NCBI GenBank assembly: GCA_965217775.1
Contig: CBDCJH010000002.1
Coordinates: 4,800,001-4,864,000, forward strand
DNA length: 64,000 nt
Reading direction: 5' to 3'
Source: Acidobacteriota bacterium
Lineage (GTDB): Bacteria > Acidobacteriota > UBA6911 > RPQK01 > JAJDTT01
Positions 10,110 to 19,992 of the stretch are shown piece by piece. The notes below the pieces were generated by a model. That model was not told the origin of the DNA. It saw only the letters and a program-made list of their open reading frames with translations, and made no database searches. The translations under genes and the position numbers were made by a program. Each line of letters begins with the position of its first letter. Positions within the stretch are counted from its first letter, which is position 1.

Positions 10110-11447
10110 ATGAAGGGTAGCCGGTTCCGAGTGGCCATCGTCGGACGGCCCAACGTGGGAAAGTCCACTCTCTTCAATCGTCTGACGCGGACCCGCCGTG
10201 CTCTGGTGGACCGTCAACCGGGAATGACCCGGGACCGGATCTGCGGGATGGCCAAGTGGGACGGCCGCAGTTTCGAAGTCATGGACACGGGCGGCATCAC
10301 GCCCGGTGACCGGGAACACATTCCCGAGCAGGTTCTCCGCCAGGTGGAGATCGCCATCCGGGAGGCGGACCTCATCCTCCTGGTGGTGGACGTTCGAGAC
10401 GGCCTCCATCCCCTCGACCAGAGTCTGTGCGCCATGCTCAGGGCACGAGGCAGTGAGCCCCTGTTGGTGGTCAACAAGGTGGAGACTCTCCGCATGGAGA
10501 CGGAGGCGCTCCAGTTCCATGCTCTGGGCCTGAGGCATCTGTTCCCGGTTTCCGCCGAGCACAATCTGCAATTGACGCCTCTGATCGAGGAGATTCTGAG
10601 CCGATTCCCCGAAGCCGTTTCGGGCGCTCCCGAAGCCGAAGAGATCCGGGTCGCCATCGTGGGACGCCCCAATGTGGGCAAGTCCTCTCTGCTGAACCGA
10701 ATCGTGGGAGAAGAACGCTCCATTGTGACCTCCATCCCCGGAACGACTCGGGATGCCGTGGACACGCTGGTTCAAGTGGCGGATCAACGGTACCGATTCG
10801 TCGACACTGCGGGAATTCGAAGAAAGAGCAAGACGGTGGAGGTTGCCGAGAAGCTGAGCGTGATCATGGCTCGCAAGAACCTGGAGCGGGCCGACGTGGC
10901 GCTGCTGGTGCTGGATGCCTCCGACCCCCCCGGCACTCTCGACACAATCATCGGCAGATACGCCCAGGACGCGGGCGCCTCCATTCTGATTACGGCCAAC
11001 AAGTCCGACCTGATGCCGTCCGATGCGGAAACTCGGGCGGCCATGGCCGCAGCCTATCGGGACCGGATGCGGGCCCTGGTTTTCGCGCCCCTGTTCTTCG
11101 TGTCGGCGAAGACGGGAAGCGGCGTCTCCAGGATCTTCGCCCAGGTGGACGGAGCCTACGAGGGCCGGATGATCCGGGTCGTGACCTCCGAATTGAACGT
11201 CTACCTGGAACGGCATGTGGCCACGGCCCTGGCTCCGGAGGGCAGCGGCAGAAAGTCGCGCTTGAAGTACGCCTGTCAAGTGGCGACGGCTCCTCCCACC
11301 TTCGTCTTTTTCACTCGGGGGTCGAAAAAGCTGGATCTTCCCACCCGGCGGTATCTGGCCCGCCGACTCCGGGAGAAATACCATTTTCACGCCACGCCGA
11401 TCCGGATCCTGCAACGTTCCGGGAGGAGGAGAGAGGAGCTATCTTGA
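10110..11447 (+). CDS. der: ribosome biogenesis GTPase Der (EngA)
   Basis: two GRPNVGKS P-loops, DTGG and DTAG G3 motifs, C-terminal PPTF KH-like domain. Confidence 0.96.
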   Translation: MKGSRFRVAIVGRPNVGKSTLFNRLTRTRRALVDRQPGMTRDRICGMAKWDGRSFEVMDTGGITPGDREHIPEQVLRQVEIAIREADLILLVVDVRDGLHPLDQSLCAMLRARGSEPLLVVNKVETLRMETEALQFHALGLRHLFPVSAEHNLQLTPLIEEILSRFPEAVSGAPEAEEIRVAIVGRPNVGKSSLLNRIVGEERSIVTSIPGTTRDAVDTLVQVADQRYRFVDTAGIRRKSKTVEVAEKLSVIMARKNLERADVALLVLDASDPPGTLDTIIGRYAQDAGASILITANKSDLMPSDAETRAAMAAAYRDRMRALVFAPLFFVSAKTGSGVSRIFAQVDGAYEGRMIRVVTSELNVYLERHVATALAPEGSGRKSRLKYACQVATAPPTFVFFTRGSKKLDLPTRRYLARRLREKYHFHATPIRILQRSGRRREELS

Positions 11448-11473
11448 CACCCGAAAAAAGGCGTGCCTATGAT
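11444..11473 (+). promoter_or_regulatory. sigma70-type promoter for ihf-merR
   Basis: TTGACA-18 bp-TATGAT, about 40 bp upstream of ATG 11514. Confidence 0.65.
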
Positions 11474-11513
11474 GATCCGCAGCTTGTGACACCGTCCCCG
11501 TAGCAGGTATCTC

Positions 11514-11780
11514 ATGGTCAAAGCGGATCTGGCTCGTTCGGTCTATGAGGCCCACGGCGGTTTGACTCATCAAGAGTCGAAAGAGATGGTCAAGCTCATC
11601 CTCGACAGCATCAAATCCGAGTTGCTCCGTGGAGAAAATGTGAAGTTGTCCGGTTTCGGGTCGTTCCGCGTGATTTCATTGAAGGCTCGACGCGGTCGCA
11701 ATCCCCAAACCCGAGCCCAGATGCAGCTTGGGCCAAGTCGACGCGTGACATTTCGCCCTTCACGCCTGATCAACGTGTGA
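11514..11780 (+). CDS. integration host factor/HU family DNA-binding protein (IhfA-like)
   Basis: [25 protein letters not shown]; ihfA-merR-tRNA-Pro context. Confidence 0.92.
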   Translation: MVKADLARSVYEAHGGLTHQESKEMVKLILDSIKSELLRGENVKLSGFGSFRVISLKARRGRNPQTRAQMQLGPSRRVTFRPSRLINV

Positions 11781-11790
11781 CTCCATCCTG

Positions 11791-12213
11791 ATGGCCCGAA
11801 AAGGGAAGCTCTTTTACAAGATCGGGGAAGTCTGCAAAATCTGCGACGTTCCCGCTCACGTCCTGCGTTACTGGGAGACCGAATTCCCGCCGCTGGCCCC
11901 CAACAAGAACCGCTCCGGACAACGCATCTTTCGGGAGAAAGACGTGCAACTGGTGGCCGAGATCAAGCGGCTTCTGTACGAAGAGGGATACACCATCGCC
12001 GGAGCCCGCAAGCAGCTCCGCCGAAACGGTGCAAACTTGCGGGCGACGCTCCTGTTTGCCGGACCCGATGGCAACTCTCCCAAGAAACTTCTGACCCAGA
12101 TCCGGGGTGAACTTCAGGACCTGATGAAACTTCTGGACCAGAATCTCGAAACCTCCCACTCGCGGGCGGCGAATCGGGCCCAGCCCACCGGCAACGACGA
12201 GAACGGCGGTTAA
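11791..12213 (+). CDS. MerR family transcriptional regulator
   Basis: [31 protein letters not shown]. Confidence 0.93.
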   Translation: MARKGKLFYKIGEVCKICDVPAHVLRYWETEFPPLAPNKNRSGQRIFREKDVQLVAEIKRLLYEEGYTIAGARKQLRRNGANLRATLLFAGPDGNSPKKLLTQIRGELQDLMKLLDQNLETSHSRAANRAQPTGNDENGG

Positions 12214-12291
12214 CCCGAATTTCGCGGATCCCTTGGCCGAGCAGCCATAGTCGAGCCCCGTTCGATTGCCGTGACGGCTCTCGCCAGGGAC

Positions 12292-12300
12292 TGTTATACT
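12292..12300 (+). promoter_or_regulatory. extended -10 element for tRNA-Pro
   Basis: TGTTATACT (TGn-TATACT) ending 17 bp before the tRNA. Confidence 0.5.
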
Positions 12301-12317
12301 GGCCATCTTCCACCGGT

Positions 12318-12394
12318 CGGGACGTGGCGCAGTCTGGTAGCGCACCTGAATGGGGTTCAGGGGGTCGGGAGTTCGAATCTCCCCGTCCCGACCA
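12318..12394 (+). tRNA. tRNA-Pro(GGG)
   Basis: CGGGACGTGGCGCAGTCTGG..CCTGA-ATGGGGT-TCAGG..GTTCGAATC..CCCGACCA. Confidence 0.97.
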
Positions 12395-12482
12395 GCATTT
12401 TAGGAGTCATCTCGAGCGGCGGCCCGCGAGTTGCACGGGTTGTCCCCGTCACGGCTCCGATCCTCCGGGTTGGAGGAGCTAG

Positions 12483-14882
12483 ATGCCTTCCGGAGTCCGG
12501 GCCCCTGAATCACCTTCTGATAGTTCGACCGCGTCCCGCCAACGGCCGGAAACGGAATCGCTCTCCCCGGAGATCCCAACCCGTCTGACGTCCGCTCGCC
12601 GATCCTTCCTTTCGCGCCTGCTTGCGGGAACTTCACTCTGGGTCCTGGGAGGTGGCGCCCGAGCGATCCGGAAGGCCGGCGCGACGACTCCCGCCTCCGA
12701 TAACGACGAAGATGTCTTTGCCTACATCGCACGTTCGAAAGGACGATTCGACCCGGCGCTCTACCGGCAAATGCTCGGCTCCGCCAACGATTTCAAGGAA
12801 GGAGACCACGCCGTCGGCGTGGCTGCACTCGACGACCGGTCGCGAGCCCAAGCCCGTGCCCTGCTGGCAAACACGCGCATCGGTGACCTGATCGATCACC
12901 CGGTCTTCGAAGACTCGGTTTCGTCGTACATCGGCAAGGTCGTTGAGCGTGAGATCACCCGATCCCTCGCCGGCTGGACGCTGGCCGATCTGAAACGCTT
13001 CCTGCTCGAGAACGAAGAAGACGCCATCAAGGGCATCATGCCCGGTCTGCCCAGCGACATCATCGGCTGCGTCGTCAAGCTGATGAGCAACGAGGAACTG
13101 ATCAAAGTCGGGCAAAAGGTCTTCAATCCGCTGCCCCACTCCAACCTCGGCGCCAAAGGGTACATGGGCGCCCGCATTCAACCGAATTCGCCCACGGACA
13201 ACGTCGACGACATCCGATGGCAGGTCTTCGACGGGTGGTCCTACGCCGTCGGAGACGTCGTGCTGGGAACCAACCCGGTCTCCAGCGAGGTCGCTTCGGT
13301 CGCCTCCATTCAAGACGCCCTGGCCGAAATCCTGCAGGTGTTCGGCCTGGAAGACGCCTTGCCCCATTGCGTGCTCTCCCATGTCGACGTACAGGCCGCG
13401 GTTGAACGCCAGGACGCCGGATCGACGGCGATCTGGTTCCAGAGCCTCGGCGGCGTCGCGGACGCCAATACGACCTTCGATCTTTCGGTCGAGAAAATGG
13501 TGTCCCACGCCGAGCGGCGGACCGGAAAGTACGGTTTCTACTTTGAGACGGGACAAGGCGCCGATGCCACCAACGGTCACGGCAAGGGCTTCGACATGGT
13601 CATCCACGAGGCGCGCAAATACGGGTTCGCCCGGGCCCTGGTGCACGAGGTGGCCAAGGCGCAACGCGACGCCGGGCGCAGACCGGCGCCTTGGGTGCAT
13701 CTGAACGACGTGGCCGGATTCATCGGGCCGGAGATCTTCCGGACGCGCGAGCAGCTCGTTCGCTGCTGCCTGGAGGACACGGTCATGGGCAAGCTTCACG
13801 GTCTTCCCATCGGCCTCGACATCTGCTCGACGCTGCACATGGACATCGACCTGGACGACCTCAACTGGTGCATCGAGCAGGTGATGCCGGCGAATCCGGC
13901 CTATCTGATGGCGCTGCCGACCAAGAACGACCCCATGTTGAGCTACCTGACCACGGGGTTCCTGGATCACGTCCGGGTCCGCGAGAAATTCGGGTTCAAA
14001 GTCAACGACGTGATGTGGCGTTTCTTTCAGTCCCTGAAGGTGATCGACTCGAAGGGCAGGCCCACGGAGCATTTCGGCCGGCCGACGTGGGTCTATCTTC
14101 AGTATCTGCGGGCCAAGGGCGACCAGCGCCCGGACCGGGAGATCCTGGCCGAGGGCAGGCGCCGGATCGCGGAGATCCGGGAACGCGGCGTGTTCATCTC
14201 GGAGGGGCACGGGAAGAACACGTGGGAGCTGGAGCCTCGGCTCCGGAAGAAAATCCGGTATCTCTACCAGGATTCCAAGGAGTGTATCCGGGCCGAACTG
14301 CCGAAAGACTTCGAGAGCCGGCTTCCCTCGGCGATCATGGTGGGAAGCCGGTCCAGGGACCGCGACGACTACATCCTGCATCCCCCCACCGGAGAGGAAT
14401 TGGATGCCGCCTCGACGTCGATCATTCGCCGTCTCGCCAAAGACCGCGGCGACCGCTACGACGTGCAACTGGTCATCTCCGACGGCTTGAACGTCTACTC
14501 GCTCACCGATGACGGCCACTTGAATCCCTACCTGACGGCTCTTCGCGCCCGCCTCGAAGCCGCAGGCCATGAGGTGGCGCCCGAGCACATCGTGGTGCGG
14601 AACGGGCGGGTTCGCGCGGGATACCGTATCGGCGAGATGCTCTTCGGGAATCTACAGGGGCCGGACCGCAGACGCGCGATCCTGCACGTTATCGGCGAGA
14701 GGCCCGGATCGGGACATCACGCCTTCTCCGTCTACATGACCCGTTCACCGGTCCGCACCTGGGTCCAGGCCGGTGTCACCGACCACAACGTCACCAAAGT
14801 GGTTTCCGGAATTGCGGACACGGCATTGGACCCGGTGACGGCGGCCGCAAACACCGTGAGGATCCTGTCACGGACAGCGTAG
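12483..14882 (+). CDS. eutB: fused ethanolamine ammonia-lyase EutB-EutC with putative Tat signal (start uncertain)
   Basis: EutB motifs RIQPNSPTD, GTNPV, YFETGQG, GFIGPE, LEDTVMGKL; EutC motifs VISDGL, GRV, IGERPG; N-terminal ARRSFL followed by a hydrophobic stretch. Confidence 0.9.
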   Translation: MPSGVRAPESPSDSSTASRQRPETESLSPEIPTRLTSARRSFLSRLLAGTSLWVLGGGARAIRKAGATTPASDNDEDVFAYIARSKGRFDPALYRQMLGSANDFKEGDHAVGVAALDDRSRAQARALLANTRIGDLIDHPVFEDSVSSYIGKVVEREITRSLAGWTLADLKRFLLENEEDAIKGIMPGLPSDIIGCVVKLMSNEELIKVGQKVFNPLPHSNLGAKGYMGARIQPNSPTDNVDDIRWQVFDGWSYAVGDVVLGTNPVSSEVASVASIQDALAEILQVFGLEDALPHCVLSHVDVQAAVERQDAGSTAIWFQSLGGVADANTTFDLSVEKMVSHAERRTGKYGFYFETGQGADATNGHGKGFDMVIHEARKYGFARALVHEVAKAQRDAGRRPAPWVHLNDVAGFIGPEIFRTREQLVRCCLEDTVMGKLHGLPIGLDICSTLHMDIDLDDLNWCIEQVMPANPAYLMALPTKNDPMLSYLTTGFLDHVRVREKFGFKVNDVMWRFFQSLKVIDSKGRPTEHFGRPTWVYLQYLRAKGDQRPDREILAEGRRRIAEIRERGVFISEGHGKNTWELEPRLRKKIRYLYQDSKECIRAELPKDFESRLPSAIMVGSRSRDRDDYILHPPTGEELDAASTSIIRRLAKDRGDRYDVQLVISDGLNVYSLTDDGHLNPYLTALRARLEAAGHEVAPEHIVVRNGRVRAGYRIGEMLFGNLQGPDRRRAILHVIGERPGSGHHAFSVYMTRSPVRTWVQAGVTDHNVTKVVSGIADTALDPVTAAANTVRILSRTA

Positions 14883-14903
14883 ACCTGGAACGAAGGGGCA
14901 GCC

Positions 14904-15818
14904 TCAACTTCGCAGCCGAAGCATCCGAGCCCCGTTGTCGTAGGTGATCCGCCTCAACATCAGGGGATCGGGAAGATACTTCTTCAGCACGTCCAACGAA
15001 CGCTGGGCGATACAGTAACCGCGCGGGTAGGTCGCTCCCTTGCCGTCGTGGCAGTAGCAGTCGCTCCCCCAGAGCAGCTTGCGCGAGTGCCGGGCGACGA
15101 AATCGGCGGCGAAGCCGGGATCCCGGCTGAGGGAGTTGAGTCCCGACCCGGCCGAGAGGTCCCCGAACATGTTGGGGTAGTCGGCCAGGAGCTTGTCGCT
15201 GAGGCCTCCCTTGACGACCCGGCCCTCTCCCCTGCCGTCCCGGCTGATGTTGGCCCACCAGGTTCCCGCATGGCCCAGAAAATTCACCTGCGGATACCGC
15301 TCCAGAATTTTGTGAAACCGGTCCAGGCCGTGGTTGTGCCGGGAGCCGAAATGAAGCAGGACGGGGACTCCGTATTCCCGGGCCACTTCGTAGACCCTGC
15401 GCATGGGAGCGGAGTCGGCGTCCACTTCGAACTTCTGCTCGCCGATGCCCAGAGCTCCTTTCTCCAACTGCTGGCGCAGGGCTTGGACCGCGTCTTCCCG
15501 CTCCGGATCCACGTTGCAGAACGTGACCACCTCTTCCGGATACTTGCGGACGTGACTCCAGGCCGCTTCGTTTCCGCTGATCCTCCCATTCATCCAGCCG
15601 TCTCCCGGGAGCAGGACCGTGGTCCTGACCCGGTGGAACCTCTGGTGCCGCATCAGCGTCTCGGCCGGCCGCCGGTCGAAGTCCGGGTGCTGGTGAATGT
15701 CAAGGATGGGCAGGGGCACGGCAGCCTCGGCCCCAGTGCCGGAAGCGGCCAGCAGCGGGAGACCCAGACCGGCCCCTCCGGCCCGGCGCAACAGCTCCCG
15801 GCGATCGATCCGCATCAT
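14904..15818 (-). CDS. Tat-exported amidohydrolase_2 family protein
   Basis: DRRELL signal, LDIHQH, GIGEQK, PVLLH, FLGHA, DLSA, LLWGSD; 3' part of ORF 14904..17249. Confidence 0.9.
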   Translation of the reverse strand: MMRIDRRELLRRAGGAGLGLPLLAASGTGAEAAVPLPILDIHQHPDFDRRPAETLMRHQRFHRVRTTVLLPGDGWMNGRISGNEAAWSHVRKYPEEVVTFCNVDPEREDAVQALRQQLEKGALGIGEQKFEVDADSAPMRRVYEVAREYGVPVLLHFGSRHNHGLDRFHKILERYPQVNFLGHAGTWWANISRDGRGEGRVVKGGLSDKLLADYPNMFGDLSAGSGLNSLSRDPGFAADFVARHSRKLLWGSDCYCHDGKGATYPRGYCIAQRSLDVLKKYLPDPLMLRRITYDNGARMLRLRS

Positions 15819-17383
15819 GGCGCCTGCTCTTGCCAGCCCAGACCGAAGACCCGCTCTTCTCCCGGATCGTAGAGGCAGGTCACCACGAAGAGATCCTCTA
15901 TGCGGGATCGCTCCGGTGGAATGTTGACCTGGACGTAGGTGAAACCCCGGGCGACCCAGCTGACGTAACCCTCCCGGGGAGAGACCGGCGCCGGGTGTCC
16001 GTTGACTCGAAGTTCGGAGATGCGAGCCTTGGGGTAGGGGATCCGAAGGCGCAGCGAGAGCCCGTTTTCGATCGGCCCGCTCTCCGCCTCCGGCGGGAGC
16101 TCGGATCCGTCGGCGCGGCCCGATAGCAAAAGCAGATGCGCCTTGAATTGGCCGTCCGCATCGGGATGGTCCTTCAGTGCCAACCGGATGGGACCGGCTT
16201 CGATGCTCCTGTGCTCTTCGATTCGCTGGGCGAACCGGGGGAGACTCTTGTCCGAGAGCCAGCGGCGGGCCGCACTGCCGGTGGTGGAGCAGACGAAGAG
16301 AACCATTCCCTCGGTCTGAGGATTGTTGAGTGCGGTGACGATCTGTCCCTGCTTGTTCCAGAGCTCCACCCGGGACCGGCGGCGGGCGGCGGCCGTCTCC
16401 CCATAGGCGGTGACGAAGTGGAGCTCGTTCTTGAGGATGACCCGCGTGGGGTAGCCGGGATAGTACTCCCCGGGCCAGATCTCCCGGCCGATCTCCAGCA
16501 GGCGGCGATGACGCAGGAAGCTGCTCCGTTCCCAAGCATTCTCGTTGGCGAAGGCCAGAGTGTGGTAATGCTCGTAGCCGTAGGTGGCCGCATAGTAGAG
16601 GGGCCTTCCGCTCCACAACTTGGGTCCCAGCTCCTCGAGCTCCGGGCCCCAGTAGATCCGTTCCGCATCCTGCTCCAACTCGTCGGAAGGATAGCCCTCC
16701 GCCAGCGCGGCCTGGTCCATCTGCCGGATGATCTCGTGCTTGTACGACTTCAGGGAGATGTTGGAGTAGGCCGCACCCGAGTTCTCGGCCATGATGTAAC
16801 CGCGAAACTGCATGCCGGTCCCGTGGTAGTCGGCATGGAGCTCCGCCTGGAGTTCGTCCATGAGACTCTTTGCCGCCAAGGCTTCCGGCATCTGTTCCGG
16901 GTACAGGGGTCCCTCCCGGTTCCATTCCTTGTAGGTATCCCGATTGTGGCTGTTGCGCAGGCTTCCGGCCACATAGCCGTCCGGGTTGACCACGGGCATG
17001 AAGGCGATCACCTGCCCCCGGAGAATCTCTCGAGCTCCCGGACTCCCCTTGAGCAGCCAGTCCATGAGATAGAAGATCCCGGTGGCGGCCGAACGCTCTC
17101 CACCGCAATGGAGCGCCGTGATCAGGACATGCTCCTTCTGCTCGGCAGGGGCGTCGGGATCGGTCAGGACGGCCGCCAGCAGCGGCCGGCTCTGGGCCGT
17201 GGTCCCCAGCCTCCGGAGCTTCATGATCCTGGGATAGGCCTTCTCCCATTCCAGCAGCCGGTTCTCGAGTTGGGACAAGGTGGGATGGACGGCCGGACCG
17301 AATTTGGGGCCTGACGGAGCGGCACCAAACGCCGAAAGACCGTAAAGCAGAGCTGCCAGAACCAGACCGGCGGTTTTCTTCAT
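15815..17383 (-). CDS. exported M14-like zinc carboxypeptidase family protein
   Basis: signal MKKTAGLVLAALL; G.T..SRPL, ITALHCGGE, PVVNPDG, ADYHG. Confidence 0.8.
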   Translation of the reverse strand: MKKTAGLVLAALLYGLSAFGAAPSGPKFGPAVHPTLSQLENRLLEWEKAYPRIMKLRRLGTTAQSRPLLAAVLTDPDAPAEQKEHVLITALHCGGERSAATGIFYLMDWLLKGSPGAREILRGQVIAFMPVVNPDGYVAGSLRNSHNRDTYKEWNREGPLYPEQMPEALAAKSLMDELQAELHADYHGTGMQFRGYIMAENSGAAYSNISLKSYKHEIIRQMDQAALAEGYPSDELEQDAERIYWGPELEELGPKLWSGRPLYYAATYGYEHYHTLAFANENAWERSSFLRHRRLLEIGREIWPGEYYPGYPTRVILKNELHFVTAYGETAAARRRSRVELWNKQGQIVTALNNPQTEGMVLFVCSTTGSAARRWLSDKSLPRFAQRIEEHRSIEAGPIRLALKDHPDADGQFKAHLLLLSGRADGSELPPEAESGPIENGLSLRLRIPYPKARISELRVNGHPAPVSPREGYVSWVARGFTYVQVNIPPERSRIEDLFVVTCLYDPGEERVFGLGWQEQAP

Positions 17384-17439
17384 TCTCCCCATTCTCCGCC
17401 GGAATCCACAGGAATCAGCCCGGTCGAGGGCGGACGGGG

Positions 17440-18162
17440 TCATGGACCCGGCCCTGCTTCCTCGGCGACGGCTTTCCGCCCCGTCCGTGAACCGCTCGCC
17501 ATGAACTCCAGAATCGGACCCATGGGTTGGAGACCGGCCACCGCCAGATCCGGATCGTGGGATCTCAGTTCATCGAGTCCATAGTTGCCGGTGGCGACCG
17601 CAATGGTGATCGCGCCCGCGGCGCGGCCGTGCCGGATGTCCCGGGGCGTATCGCCGATGACGAACACTTCGTCGGGAACCAGCGGAGCCGCCAATTCGCT
17701 GCCGCGGCGGATGGCTGTTCGGATCAGCTCCGTTCGATCGCCGGAGTCGGAGCCGTATCCGCCGAAGGGGAAGTAGGAGCTGAGCCCGGCCCTTTCCAGC
17801 TTCAATCGCGCCCCGGTCTCGACGTTCCCGGTGGCCAGTCCGATCAGGAAATCCGGATCCGCCGAAAGCCGGACCACCAGTTCTCGTGCCCCGGCCAGGA
17901 CTTGGAAGTTGGGGCTCCGGCGGATCTCGTCCGGCAAGATGGACAGATAGATGTCGTAGAGCTCCTGTCCGGGTTCATCGTCCAAATCATATTCGGAGAT
18001 GAGTTCCTGAATGATGAGTGGATCGGTTTTTCCGTCGAACCGAATCGAAGTCGAATCGGGCTCGATCCCATACCGAATTTGGAAGGCACGATGCAAGGAC
18101 CGGGTGCCGGCCCCTCCGGATAAGAGTAGGGTGCCGTCGATGTCGAAGAGGACCAGCCTCAT
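17440..18162 (-). CDS. HAD family hydrolase
   Basis: LFDIDGTLL, LATGN, IGDTPRD. Confidence 0.93.
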   Translation of the reverse strand: MRLVLFDIDGTLLLSGGAGTRSLHRAFQIRYGIEPDSTSIRFDGKTDPLIIQELISEYDLDDEPGQELYDIYLSILPDEIRRSPNFQVLAGARELVVRLSADPDFLIGLATGNVETGARLKLERAGLSSYFPFGGYGSDSGDRTELIRTAIRRGSELAAPLVPDEVFVIGDTPRDIRHGRAAGAITIAVATGNYGLDELRSHDPDLAVAGLQPMGPILEFMASGSRTGRKAVAEEAGPGP

Positions 18163-18249
18163 GGCGGCGATTATAGCAGTCGATGGTGAAGCCCAGACAA
18201 GGGAGAGGCTGTCCTTTCGAGCCGCGTCTTGCTCCGCATTGGACCGAAG

Positions 18250-18275
18250 AGGGCACCCACGAGGGGTGCCCCTAC
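18250..18275 (-). repeat. GTAG-type REP element
   Basis: minus strand GTAGGGGCACCCCTCGTGGGTGCCCT: GTAG foot plus GC hairpin; its TAG is the stop of the upstream gene. Confidence 0.7.
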
Positions 18276-19228
18276 GGGTTGACCAGGTTGTCTTCGGTGG
18301 GACGCCTCCCCTCGAGCACCGCCATCATGTCCGCCGCCACCGTCTCCAGCACTCCCCGCTGGGCTCCCCACGTCGCGCTCCCCACATGGGGAGTCAAGAT
18401 CGCGCCGGGGTGGCGGAACAGGGGATGAGAGCGATCGGGCGGCTCGTCGAGGAAGACGTCGAGGGCCACGGCCTGAAGGCGGCCTGTTTCCAGGGCCTCG
18501 TAGAGCAGGTCGTGGCTTTCGATCAATGCCCCCCGCCCCAAATTGACCAGGATCGATCCCTGCTTGAAGCTCCCGATGTTCTCGGAGTTGATGAGTCCGC
18601 GCGTCGCCCGGTTCAGAGGAGCGTGCAGGGTCACGATGTCGGAACTTCCCAGCAACTCGCGCAACGGAACCGCTTCGACGCCGTGGTCCGTCATTTCACT
18701 TGGCGTGAGGTTGGGACCATTCACCAGGACCTTGCAACCGAAAGGCGCGAGCAGCCTCCGGACCTGCCTGCCGATTCGGCCGTATCCCACGATTCCCACC
18801 GTGGCCCCTTGCAGGTCCAGGTTCCGCCTCCGATAGCGGTCTCTCCATTCCCCTTCCAAGAGCACGCGGCGCCAGTGGGGGAGGTTCTTGGCGGCGGCCA
18901 GCATCAATGCGAGAGTGTGCTCCGCCACGGCCCGGGCCATGGCCCCGGGCGTATAGACCACCGGGACGCCCCGCCTGGACGCCTCCGGCACGTCCACCGT
19001 GTCGTAACCGACGCCGGCGCGCCCGATGACCCTCAGATTCGGAGCGGCTCTCATCATCTCCGCATCGATGAGAACCGGTCCCCGAGCCAGGATTCCGGCC
19101 ACCTGGGGACTCATCCGGGCCAGGACTGCGTCCCGGGTGAATTGATCAGAGAACAGAAGCGTGTAGGGAGAGAACAATTCGCGAGCCCACCCCGGCAGGG
19201 GCCCGGTGGAGGCGATCGATTCAGACAT
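18272..19228 (-). CDS. D-isomer specific 2-hydroxyacid dehydrogenase (SerA-like)
   Basis: RAGVGYD, AVAEH, GYGRIG, LVNLGRG, ALDVF.DEP, TPHVG. Confidence 0.94.
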   Translation of the reverse strand: MSESIASTGPLPGWARELFSPYTLLFSDQFTRDAVLARMSPQVAGILARGPVLIDAEMMRAAPNLRVIGRAGVGYDTVDVPEASRRGVPVVYTPGAMARAVAEHTLALMLAAAKNLPHWRRVLLEGEWRDRYRRRNLDLQGATVGIVGYGRIGRQVRRLLAPFGCKVLVNGPNLTPSEMTDHGVEAVPLRELLGSSDIVTLHAPLNRATRGLINSENIGSFKQGSILVNLGRGALIESHDLLYEALETGRLQAVALDVFLDEPPDRSHPLFRHPGAILTPHVGSATWGAQRGVLETVAADMMAVLEGRRPTEDNLVNP

Positions 19229-19264
19229 GAGCAAAATCTCGAACGGCGAGGGGAACCGGGAGGC

Positions 19265-19765
19265 TCAGGCCTCGTCCGTTCGACCGCCCAGGCGATGGTC
19301 CAACATGACCAGGGCCGCCGGATGGTCTCCGATCATCCCGAGTTGAGCCAGGATGTCCTGGATGGTCTTTTCCTCTTCCACCTGCTCCTGAACGAACCAC
19401 TGCAGCTCGACCTCGGTGGGGTAGTCCTTTTCCTCCTGAGCCAACCGATAGAGCTCATGAATGGTCCGCGTCACCGACTGCTCGTGGACCAAGGCCTCCT
19501 CGAACATGACCCGGGGAGATTCGAAATCCGACTTCGGCTCGGCGATGCTGGTGAGCCGGACCCGCCCCCCGCGGTTTTGGACATAGTCGAAAAGGCGCAT
19601 GGCATGGCCCCGCTCCTCTTCGCTCTGGGCACGCATCCAGGCGGCAAATCCGGGCAGGTTCTGCGAATCGCTGTATCCCGACATGGAGAGGTAAACATAT
19701 GAAGAGTAGAACTCACTCTGGATCTGCTGATTGAGGGCCTCTTCGATCTTTCGATTCAGACTCAT
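19265..19765 (-). CDS. ftn: ferritin (non-heme)
   Basis: LNQQIQSEFYSSYVYLSM, EEERGHAM, WFVQEQVEEE ferroxidase residues. Confidence 0.95.
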   Translation of the reverse strand: MSLNRKIEEALNQQIQSEFYSSYVYLSMSGYSDSQNLPGFAAWMRAQSEEERGHAMRLFDYVQNRGGRVRLTSIAEPKSDFESPRVMFEEALVHEQSVTRTIHELYRLAQEEKDYPTEVELQWFVQEQVEEEKTIQDILAQLGMIGDHPAALVMLDHRLGGRTDEA

Positions 19766-19992
19766 GCTTCCTCCTTAAATTGACGTGCGTTCCGGTCCTG
19801 GAGTGTCCGGTTCGTCGATCCGCCGCTGTGAGCCCCGTTCGAAGCACCCGGCAATGGGACGGCCAAGACTCGCAGGCGCCTTTATGATGACACAGAAGGG
19901 GGATCCGTTCGCCGGTCGAATACCGCAACGATTTCTGTCACAGGCTGCTAAAATACCGGTGGCTGGCGGCAAGCTTCTTCGGAATCGGGACG

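Noticed and set aside
10480-10495. NKVE instead of NKxD in Der GTPase domain 1
   Set aside because: Single conservative change with all other G motifs intact; not enough to claim altered specificity.
12395-12482. Integrative element at tRNA-Pro carrying eutBC
   Set aside because: No integrase and no duplicated tRNA 3' end downstream; adjacency alone is insufficient.
14904-17249. 781-aa ORF as one protein
   Set aside because: Only the last 304 codons are amidohydrolase-like with their own Tat signal; the rest is an alternative frame of the M14 gene.
19885-19962. Possible MITE end (TTTCTGTCACAGGCTGCTA) upstream of ferritin
   Set aside because: No matching full inverted end or second copy in the window; at most a remnant.
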